64,000 nucleotides of DNA from the human T2T-CHM13v2.0 reference genome, Homo sapiens. A program made the position numbers and the translations under genes. The notes beneath the pieces were generated by a model, which did no database searches, was not told the DNA's origin, and saw only the letters and a program-made list of their open reading frames with translations. Positions 52,512 through 64,000 of the stretch are shown piece by piece (position 1 is the stretch's first letter; each line of letters begins with the position of its first letter). The DNA lies in the NCBI RefSeq assembly GCF_009914755.1, contig NC_060938.1; one strand, written 5' to 3'.

Positions 52512-53509
52512 GTGAGGGCCCCAGTAGGTAAAGGATGGGGCCATGAACCCAGATAAGAAAGAGGAAGAAGGTGATGGAAAAGATCGCCAGGTCACCTGAG
52601 GAGTTAATGAATACATATCTCCTTTTCAGGCCAGGATTCTAAACAAGAGATCAAAGGTAGAGTCCACTTGGGACGGAAGGGTGGTATCCAGAGAGCAGTG
52701 GGGATAAGACACAGTGTCCTCTGGAATCTGGGTAACAAGCTCTGAGGGGCCAGAGCTAAAAGGACACTCTTTCCTCCTCTTTGACCCTTAGGGTGGGGGG
52801 CATCCCTAAGGCTGAGTCTTTCCTGCCTCTACAGGTGGAGACACAAGTGAACACCAGGAGACCACAAGGGAGTCCCACCCTGGGGAGGGCAGGAGAAGGG
52901 GAAAATCACACCTGACCGAGCCCCGCCCCCCAGCTTTTACCGTCTGTAGGGGCCCACCCTGTGCTGGGCACTTTGTGAGAGATGCAATTCCATCCCCCAA
53001 CTCACCCCGCAGGATCACCAAGGTTCAGACGCCTGGGTTCAGATCCTGGCTCTGGCCAAGAGGAGCTAAAACTCTGCGTGCCTCAGTTTCCTCCTGTGTG
53101 AAGCGCAGATAAGAATTCAGGCAGGGAGGCTCACGGCGCTCTCCCCCAGCGTCAGCTCCAGAGGAGGCTGAGGGAGAACTCCTCACCCAGCAGAGCCTGT
53201 GGGTTGTGCAGAGAGGCTCGCTGTGCTGCCTTGCACACAGGCCACCCCCACGCACTCTCAGGGCTTCTCGTGCTCATGGGCCAGTCTAGGGGGCTGTGGG
53301 GATGCTCAGTGCCTGTGTCCAGGAACCCCCTATCCTGGAAATCAGCCTGGGGCACCTCCAGCTCCTGCCATGCTGTTTGTCTCCAGTGAGCCCGATCTCA
53401 CCTGAGGGTCTCGCTGTTCTTCCCTGGATGGGCTCAGTCCAGCAGAACCAGCCTGTGCTGTGCAGTCATGTGGGGATGTGGGTGGAAGGGAGCCCCATGG
53501 CCATCCAAG
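52512..53509 (+). repeat. Direct segmental repeat, copy 1 (downstream of SERPINA2)
   Basis: Aligns by eye to 62570-64000; ORF-track paralogues 53025..53255/63423..63746 and 53204..53389/63695..63880; homology may continue past the window edge. Confidence 0.95.
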
Positions 53510-53889
53510 ATCCAGGTTCCTCTCTCCTTGACACACCCTCAGAGAGGTGACGAGAGGAGCCAAGGAATTCATACACGCTAGGGGCCTGGAACCGTGGCTG
53601 ACCCTTGGTAGATGCCCAGTAATTGCCAGCTGCCTGAAGTCACCAGGCTTGTGTCTACCAAGACCCTGGCCCAAGAATCTCTCATCAGGAGCTGAAATTC
53701 ATGTAGCTTGGGCTTCCTAGCCCATTTGTGTGGGTACTTAGGGTGGTGACACCAGCTGACAAGTGCCATCCAAGGGCTCCAGGGTGTGACTGGGAAGGAC
53801 TCATTCTCTCCACTCCAGTGAGGGGTCCTTGTTTCAGAATAAAGAGAATTAAGACCCCTTCATTCTCACTACATCTGCTTCTGTTTCAT

Positions 53890-54613
53890 GTAACACATGC
53901 AGTCACAGACAAACACCAACTCAGAGACACACAATCACAGAAACACACACACACAGACACATAGCCACAGACACATCCTCAGTCTAGATAGAAACACCTA
54001 GACACACAGACACATATAGACTCAGACAAACAGAGAAACATCACACACACAGCCTCACCCACAACCACATGCAAACACACAGAAACACCTAGGTACCCTA
54101 ACACACATAGACTCAGACACACAGACTCTCAGACTCACATTGACTCAGGGACACACAAACACAGAAGCACACACATACACAGACACACACAGACATATCC
54201 ACAGCCATATGCAGACACAAAGACAGAACTACCTAGACACACAGACATATCCACAGCCATATGCAGACACAAAGACAGAACTACCTAGACACACAGACAC
54301 ACATGCACAGACACACACACAGACACACACGCACACACACACAGACACACATGGTCACACACAAACACACACACAGAGACACATGCACGCGGACACACAC
54401 AGACATACCCACACAGAGACACACACACACAGACATACCCACGCAGCCACACACACACACGCAGACACACAGATGCACACACAGAGACACACACATATAC
54501 AGACACACACAAACACACACACAGAGACACACACACACATAGTCACAAACAGACATACCCACACAGAGACACACACACGCAGAGACACACCCACACAGAC
54601 ACACACAAACACA
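53890..54613. repeat. (CA)n/(CAGA)n-rich compound microsatellite with an internal 52-bp duplication
   Basis: Long acacac/cagaca tract; cacagacatatccacagccatatgcagacacaaagacagaactacctaga repeated twice at about 54187-54295. Confidence 0.92.
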
Positions 54614-55148
54614 CGTGGTGGAGTCCCTCTCACTCTGGGCCACACAGACGCCACCAAAGGCTGCACATCTGACTTCCCCAACCTCCGGGTTGGGGCCTGG
54701 CAGGGAGGCAAGGTGTGGCAGTGTCCCCGCCGTCGCCTCTGACGGGCTGCTTTGCACTCACAGGTGGGGGCATTCTCTCCTCATGCTGCCACTGAGAACG
54801 GGAGGCTCAGCAAAGTGGCTTTTCTGGGTCACACAGTGCCACAGCGTTCTAGCACTCAGGCCCTGGCCTGGCTCTCTCTGGGTGACCCGCACTTGGCGGC
54901 CGCTCCTGGTAGCCCCTTGCTCTTCCATAAGCTCCCAGGTCCAGGCCCTTAAACTGAGGATTCAGCCCCCTCCATCCTGGCCTAGCACATGCCTGCCCAG
55001 TCAGGTGCTCCATGAACACAGTTCAGGAGGCCCGGAGACAGCACTGTGACCTGGAGTCCACACACAGCCTCAGTGCACAAAGGGAGACTCAGAAACAACA
55101 GGGGAGGGGTTTGCAGTCACACGCAGGCAGAGGGCAATTCAGCCTTTC

Positions 55149-55154
55149 TTTAAT
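55149..55154 (-). terminator. SERPINA2: Putative SERPINA2 polyadenylation signal ATTAAA
   Basis: ATTAAA about 55 nt after the stop codon, followed by TG-rich sequence downstream. Confidence 0.7.
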
Positions 55155-55209
55155 GTCATCCAGGGAGGGGGCCAGGGGTGGAGGGGAGGGGCTGAGGAGT
55201 GACAGCCAG

Positions 55210-55401
55210 TTATTTTTGGGTGGGATTCACCACTTTTCCAATGAAGAGCGGAAAGTTGGTGATGTCATCCTTGATGATGACCAGGAAGGGCCGGTTGAAC
55301 ATGACTGTCTGATACTTAGACCAGGCCTTCTCCTCCAGATGGGGGGCTCCGGTGGCTTCGGTCCCTTTCTCATCAATGGTGAGCACAGCCACATGCACAG
55401 C
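55210..55401 (-). pseudogene. SERPINA2: SERPINA2 exon V (192 bp coding, intact)
   Basis: Acceptor AG 55403-55402; AVHVAVLTIDEKGTEATGAPHLEEKAWSKYQTVMFNRPFLVIIKDDITNFPLFIGKVVNPTQK*. Confidence 0.96.
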
Positions 55402-56260
55402 CTGAAGGGGAGAGAAGCAGAGATACGTTCCGAGGCTGAGCCATGCCCCAGCCCAGGCCTGGAGCGAGGCCCATGTGGACAGCCTCATCCTAGGAGGTGA
55501 GGAACTCACTCCAGCCTTTCTCCACTCGGGTGGCACTGACCCTGCACGTCCTCTCCCTCCCTGTCACACAGGCCTTGCTCCCCCTCAAGGCTTTGGCTGA
55601 TGGGGCTGGCTCCCCTCCGTCTGCCTTCCCTATAAGAGCCTCTCCCCTGCTCAGGGTGCACCCACAATTCAGAAAGTGGAGGGGCATCCCCGCTGCACGT
55701 CTGCCTCCAGGGCTCTCTCCTTTCTTGTACACAGCTTGAAGCTCCTTGGGGACATGGACTCTGACAGTGTCCTTCATGGTGCCCAGACCCCAAGAGAACG
55801 CAGCCATTCACAGAACTGCCAAAGTTGTCCTTTGGCCACCTTTAGTTTTCCTAAATTAGCGTCATCTTTAGCTCAAATCATTCATTGATTCGGGCTTGGT
55901 GATGCACCAGAAACTCAAAACCTCACAGATGAAAGGGGCCAGAAAGTCTTTTGAAATGAGCCTAAGCTTTCTTGTATCAATACGGATAAATTAAGGCCCC
56001 AAACTGGAAGGTTCTGGGCAAAGGGTCAATGACACAACAGCGGGGGAGGCCCTGAAAGTGCCAGCTGCACAGGAGGCGCCTCCCCAGCTCCGCCGTCTGA
56101 CCATGGCCCATCTCAGTGAATCTCAGGCATCCTCAGGAGCTCGGCCTGGGTCTTCATTTGTGTCTCTTAGCCCCTTCTTCAGCCTCAGGACAGAACTGCA
56201 ACCTCCACACAATCTGCCAGCCGACACCAGGGGACAACACGGTCTTCTGGGTGACCTCAC

Positions 56261-56408
56261 CTTGGAGAGCTTCAGGGGTGCCTCCTGACTGACTCCAGAG
56301 AGGTCGGCCTCGTTGCTGAAGATCTTGGTGATGCCCAGATTCCTAGGGACTCTCTTGAGTTTGTAGGTTCCAGAAATGGACAGTTTGGGAAAATGTAGAT
56401 TGATAGAC
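56261..56408 (-). pseudogene. SERPINA2: SERPINA2 exon IV (148 bp, intact; missed by the ORF track)
   Basis: AG 56410-56409, donor GTGAGG 56260; (R)[49 protein letters not shown]. Confidence 0.95.
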
Positions 56409-56547
56409 CTGCCATGCAGGAAAGAGAATCAAGGCATGGAGCAGCATTTCTCCTGTTCTTCTGGAACCCACCACAGTGCCAGTGCTTTCTCTTCTGATTG
56501 CGTCTCCCACTTAGTGCCATGTCCTCACCCATATCAAGATCAGAAGT

Positions 56548-56702
56548 CAGAGGGAGAGGATCAGAGAAAATAACTATTGGGTACTACGCTTAGTACCTGG
56601 GTGACAAAATAATCTATACAACAAAACCCCAGGGTTTACCTATATAACAAACCTGCACACGGACCCCTGAACCTAAAAGAAAAGTTAAAAAAAAAAATAA
56701 AA
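56548..56702 (+). mobile_element. Short L1PA-type 3' end in SERPINA2 intron III
   Basis: gggtactacgcttagtacctgggtgac...aacctgcac...cctgaacctaaaa plus A tail; TSD atcagaagt. Confidence 0.85.
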
Positions 56703-57836
56703 CAATCAGAAGTTGACCTTGGTTTGTTCTCCTTTGAGCTCCTCTATACCCAGAATCAAAGAATGTTAGTATCAGACTAACCATCTTGTTAAGGCAGCTT
56801 GAAATGCCACCTCCTTTGAGAAGCCCTTCAGGCAGATTCTAGGTGTCCTGGAAGCGTGTCTCATCCTGCTGTGTAGTGTTGGGTCACCGGGCCCCCAGCC
56901 TGGAACATCCCCAGGGCCCTACACCCAGGGGAACGTGGGGCAGCAGTGCGCAGTGACACCCGTTCAGGGGATGAGAGAAGAGTGATCACACCAGGCCGAA
57001 TGCTCCCCTCTGGTTTTCCGTGGGAAGACAGAGCCGCCCCAAGCACGGTCTGGTGTGAGCGGGCAGCCTGGCTCTGGGCTCTCTGATCAGTTATTCTCTC
57101 AGCCTCCTTGTTCTTTCTCAACCCCTGGAGCAGGTACCTCAGGAGGCGTTTGCATGGGACAGAGAAATTCCAGCCTCGATTCCTATTATGAACCTGAGAC
57201 TTTCGTATTTTCATCTTGGTTTTACGGTGTAAAAATAAAAATAAACTAGATCAGCAGGGCATGGGCATAATCACGAATGCACACACATACACTAATGTAT
57301 GGCTTATGCTCAAGTATCATTTACTACAGGACACCCAATCTAACAGCATCGATAAAGCGACAGAGAAACGCAAGCCTTCTGCTAACATGGCCTGGCTGTT
57401 CCAATTCCGAACTTTGTTTTTCTGGGCCTTGCCACACAGGCTCTTCCCCCGTCCCCTGAAGGACATGCTACCCTTGAACTCCACACTCCACTGTTGCCTT
57501 TGCCAGGAAGCCCATCTGTTCCTTCTTGGTTCTGCCAGAATGTGTGGTGGTGCTGCTGTCCCTGCCCTGGGCACTGGATATTGGGAAGGGACAGTGTCCA
57601 CACTGGAGTGGGAAGTCCCCAGGGACGAGTTCTTTACCTCCTCACCCCTGGGTACTGTCCTCCTCATGGAGCATGGATGGTCCTGCCTGAACTCAGTGGT
57701 GGCCTCTGCAGTAGCTGTGACCCAGGGATGTGAGGTCCACCCTCCCCAGCCCTCTGGCCAGTCCTGTTGGGCCTCAGTCCTGACATGGCTCAAAGGTCTG
57801 GGCAGCTTCTGACTCAGCCCCTGAACTGGAAATCAC

Positions 57837-58107
57837 CTTATGTCAAAGGCTCTCTGGATATTTTCAAGGTGGCTGTAGGTCAATTTTTCTTCCAACTGCC
57901 ACATCTTCTTTGGATCGGGCAGGATGAAGAAGGCAGTGGCGTTCCCCACATAGTGCTGTGCCAGCACCCAGCTGGATAACTCCCTGTCCCGGTGGATGTC
58001 AAATCTACCCAGGTGGTTTATCATAGGCACTCTGATGATGGTCTTATCATCCACATGGAAGCCCTCTACCATAATGCGCTCAGCCTTGAATTTATCTTTC
58101 CACTTGC
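57837..58107 (-). pseudogene. SERPINA2: SERPINA2 exon III (271 bp, intact)
   Basis: AG 58109-58108, GT 57836-57835; (G)KWKDKFKAERIMVEGFHVDDKTIIRVPMINHLGRF...VGNATAFFILPDPKKMWQLEEKLTYSHLENIQRAFDI(R). Confidence 0.96.
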
Positions 58108-59562
58108 CTGGAAGAAAAGGAAGGTGGGCATCAGCCAGGTGTGGGATAAAAGGGTGGAAGTGTGTGAATGAAAGGAGCCCTGAGCCCCTTTGGCAGGACA
58201 CTTCCCTCTGCTTCAGCTTTATCATCTGTAAAATGGGATTCAAATGGAACTATCTGGCTGCTGGAGAGCTTTTGTGAGAATCACCTGAAGATAAAGAAGA
58301 ATCCAGAGTTTCTATATACTTGAACTAATTGGCAAAATCCTGGTGCCACAGAAGAAGCATTTATATTTGGCTCTGTTTATTCGATAGCGGCTTGGGGATG
58401 GTTAATGAAAGTTAATGAGTAAAATCGGAACTCCTTATGCCTTGCCACCTTTGGCTGGAGGCTTCTGATCTCATGCAGAGGGCTGGTTCTGTTGAGATAC
58501 GAGGACAGCATTGTGCTTACTTCTCCTGAGGCCTTTCCCTGGATCAGCAGGGGAGATGCAGATGCCTAGGCAGACTCCCCTCTGCCGTACCAAGAAAGCT
58601 TCACCATCGAGGCATGCCAAGTGGGCAGGTGCCTCAGGGACCCTTGAGCTCAGCTTTCTCATTGGACAGAAGGAGGAGACGGGGGCTGGAGAGGGGCCTG
58701 GGCCTGCCCTAAGGCCACAGCAGAGCCCGGACCTCAGCTGTGCTGACTGCAGCCTGGCTGCTCTCCACTGCCCTCCTTTGCCTCAAGAGCAAGGGAGCCT
58801 CAGAGTGGAGGAAGCAGCCCCTGGCCTTGCCTCCACCTCCCCTCCCCTATGCTGTTTTCCTGGGACAATAGGAGCTGGCTTAGAATGCCCTGGGGCCCCC
58901 AGCACCCTGGCATTTTAACCCCTCAGGGGCAGGAAGGCAGCCTGAGATACAGAAGAGTCCATCACCTGCTGTATGCCACACACCATCCCCATGGTCTCTG
59001 TCACTTGTTTAATCCTTAAAACAACCTGACAGCAAGGATGCTATTTTGTCCATGCTAAGACGGGAAATTAGCACCTCAGAGAGGTAGAATGCATTGTCCT
59101 TTATCAAAAGCTAGTAAGTGGTAGAGGCAGGATTTGAACCCCAATATTTTAGACGGCAAAGCTGACACTGCTTCTGGGACACTAGGGTCGTCTAAAGTAT
59201 GTTCCATGAAACTATTCCTTTATGCATGTGCCACAAAATATTTTTCTGGCTTTAGCATGTGGGAAGCATTTCATATTCTGCCCCCTCCCTATTAGGGATT
59301 TCCAATGAGTATTAGGACAATAAAGGCTCTGACAAGGTCTGTAGAGAAGATGATGGTTTGGCTGTCTTAAACTCATCATTCTTCAATCTTGTTTGATCAT
59401 GGAAAGTATTTTATTGTTTGTGTTTGGAAAATTGCAGAATCCATGTTAAATGCCCTGCCATATCTCATAGTACATTGTCTAGGAAAGCTTAAGAACTAGT
59501 AATTTGAGAATATGTTTGGATTATTTCAGTGGAACGGGCTTGGACAGGTAGTGCTACCTTAC

Positions 59563-60216
59563 CGTGAAAGGAAATGTAATCCACCAGGGCAAGACTTGTG
59601 TCTTTTTTCAGGTGTTTGACCAAATCCACTACTTTTCTTCCAGTTCTTTTCTCCACATAATTGTTGATCTGCTCTTTGGCCTCCTCGGTGTCCCTGAAGT
59701 TGATGGAAGAGGCTTCTGAGTGGTACAGCTTCTTGGTATCCTCCAAAAACGTGTCCACTAGCTTCATACTCTTGTTAACAAACAGGCTACTGCCGGTGGT
59801 CAGCTGGAGCCGGGTGTCTGGCCTGCTGAGGCTTGGAGAACTTGCTGGAAGCATTCGTGGATCTTGGCCTCAGGCGTCTCTGTGAGGTTGACATTCAGGC
59901 CTTCCAGGATCTCTGTGCGAGTGTCAGCCTTGGTCCCCAGGGAGAGCATTGCAAAGGCCATAGCCACGCTTGTTGGAGTGACTAAGACATTGCTGGTTTG
60001 TGATAGATCAGCCAGCTCTTTGTACAAATCAAAGGCGAGGTCGGTGACGTTATAGGAGATCTTCTGGCAAGCAAGGTCCTCCCAGTCCCCTTGATCATGG
60101 TGGGATGTATCCGTCTTTTGGGCAGCATCTTCCTGGGGATCCTCAACCAGGGAGCTGGGGACCAGGCAGCACAGGCCTGCCAGCAGGAGGACGCCCCATG
60201 AGACAGAGAATGGCAT
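59563..60216 (-). pseudogene. SERPINA2: SERPINA2 exon II coding part; intact ATG but 1-bp deletion frameshift at codon 130 (stop at 59802-59800)
   Basis: [28 protein letters not shown]... (alpha-1-antitrypsin-related); serpin homology switches from ORF 59800..60324 to ORF 59489..59854 at CAA GCC TCA; 654 nt versus 655 needed; acceptor AG 60222-60221, donor GTAAGG 59562. Confidence 0.95.
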
Positions 60217-60648
60217 TGTCCTGCAAGACAGAGGCAGAGGGCCAGGCCCCAAGTCAGGGCACATGATGACTCCCAGTGACCAGGGACTGACATTGTGTGA
60301 TTGCAACCATGAATTATTAAACATCCACCATGTGCCCAGCCCATTGCAAACACTTTCCTACACCATCATCATTGAAAGAATAAGAAAGATAGCAAGTACG
60401 TGTAAGGTACTTAGCTTATGCCAAGAACTGTTCTAAGCACACGTGTGTTAACTCATTGCTTTCTTGTAACAATCCTGTGAGGTGGTAATGCTACTATCTT
60501 CCTTTTACACATGAGGAAACCAAAGCCCAGAGAGGTGAGACTCAAGCCCAAAGTCAGCAAACAGGAAAAGCAAGCATCCCTCAGCCTGGCCGGCTGGGTC
60601 TTGAGTCCTTGCTCTCTGCAGCTCCACTTACCTCTGTAATGACCTTGA

Positions 60649-60974
<326 letters not shown>

Positions 60975-62569
60975 CCATTTTAGAAAAGAGGAAACTGGGG
61001 CACGGGAAGCATAAGGGACTTGCCCAGGGTTACTAAGGAAGTGGGTTAAGTCAGGATCAGCAATGACTTCCACACACCACAACAGTCCTTGGAGATCTCC
61101 ACTGACCTCCCTTATTTAATGGACAGAGAAGCTCTGTCCCCAGAGGGACGGGATACTGTACCGTGACACACAGCCAGAGCTCAGAGGCGCTGTGTAAACC
61201 CAGCCTACCTGAATTCTGCCTAGGCTCTCCCCAGATTCCACACACTTCATGCATCTCCCTCTCCTCCCAACTGTGATAGCCTTCACTTTATAGGACCCTG
61301 GAGCCTGGTTTGATTATTGTCTGAGCCCTGTGACATTCCTGGCCTGGGGAATGCTGCTGATTAAAGCACATGACAGCCCTGTTTCTAGGGGCAATCGCAG
61401 ACATTGCCTTTCGTCTAAAGATATGTCTTGTAATTTCCATTTTCATAGGATGGGAAAGGTGAACTCAGAGTGGTTCAGTAACTTGTTCAAGGCCACATAG
61501 CTGGTCAGGCAGAACCGGGAGCCGACAAGCCACCAGCTGCTGGCCAAGTGCTTTGCGTAGAGCTGTAGTACTGCCTCCTCAGAGGCTGGGGCCTTGGATG
61601 CTGCTCTTGGCCAGGCCCGGAGGACGTCAGGGCTCCTGATCCTGGCCGTTTGGACATATTGGGCTGGGCAGTGCTATGCTGTGGGGGACTCTGTGGTGCA
61701 TCCTAGGATGTTTGACAACATTCTCAAGAAAACCACAGTCATGTAGTGACCCTCAGCTCACAGGGATGGTGATAAACCATCCCCTGGCCTTGCTGATTGC
61801 CCCTGTGGAGCACCCCTGGGGTGGGGGCTCAGATCACCCTGGCTGTCTTGAAGGTCTCCTCTTGCCTAATTGGACAGAAGCTTCTCTCCTTCAGACTGGA
61901 CTTAAGTCAAGTGAGGCCCATGTGAATCTGCCTGGGCCCAGGCCGTGTGGGATGTCCATTCCTCTGGGATGGGGGCCCTGTTTAGGGTCCCCAGGATTGC
62001 ACTGCGTCTGCTGTCCCAGGTCTCAGGAACCTATAGCCGATCTCCTCACTGACATGATGGAGCTCTCACATCCATAAGGTTCCTCCCTGACCCAGGGCTT
62101 AATGCCAGCCCCCAGGGAGACTCAGGGGCTGTGCCCACAGAGGAGCCTGTGCCCCAGCCCCTGGAGCCTGTCCTGGAGTTGCCCCGCTATGAGTCGGAGG
62201 TCCCTGCCACACACGTGGGCTGAGGCGCCTGCTGTCAGCTCAGGGGAGACTCAGGTATTGCTGGTTCCAGCCCTGGGCCTAACAGCAATAAGGGACCCGG
62301 GGAGGTTGAGCTCTCCAGAAAAACATGAGTGTGTGGGAGAGGAAGTGATGACAACAGGCCTGGCTTCTCTTCCAGGCTCTGTCGCTCACCAACGATGTGA
62401 TCTCAGAAAAGTATTTCCACCTCTCCATCTTCCTTTTGAAGTGGGAATATGGGGAGAATGAGGTGAAATCAATGTAAATGTGAAGCTGGACAACGGGAAG
62501 GGGCCTCAGAAGCAGCGCTTTGCGGGGAGGAGAGGGCTGGGTTTCGAACCCACAAAGCCTTCAGGACCT

Positions 62570-64000
<1,431 letters not shown>

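Noticed and set aside
54140-54757. Thr/His-rich and Cys/Val-rich ORFs up to 200 aa
   Set aside because: Translation of the (CA)n/(TG)n microsatellite
57216-57812. 198-aa and 158-aa ORFs in SERPINA2 intron III
   Set aside because: No recognisable homology; intronic GC-rich sequence
61100-61130. TTAAATA resembling the SERPINA1 TATA box upstream of SERPINA2
   Set aside because: The flanks do not match the SERPINA1 promoter and look MIR-derived

Overview
Human genomic DNA from the proximal 14q32.1 clade-A serpin cluster, with all genes on the minus strand. The left part holds SERPINA6 (corticosteroid-binding globulin): promoter, non-coding exon 1 and coding exons 2-3; exons 4-5 lie outside the window. 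The right part holds SERPINA2 (ATR/PIL) with all four coding exons. This haplotype has an intact ATG and no exon IV/V deletion, but a 1-bp frameshift in exon II makes it a null allele. The most notable signal lies between the two genes: a third, decayed serpin gene (about 34.9-39.3 kb) with three exons that match the serpin exon III/IV/V sizes, splice phases and motifs. It carries a stop codon, frameshifts and an Alu inserted into a splice acceptor. Its position suggests the lost human orthologue of rodent Serpina16 (inference). A 15 x 56-bp minisatellite that arose inside a MER20 transposon sits in one of its introns. SERPINA2 is bracketed by a direct repeat of at least 1 kb with an apparent gene-conversion core. 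The rest is mostly L1, L2, Alu, LTR and DNA-transposon sequence, with several candidate hepatocyte enhancers. Repeat subfamily names come from recalled consensus sequences and their boundaries are approximate. Most ORF-track entries are spurious.
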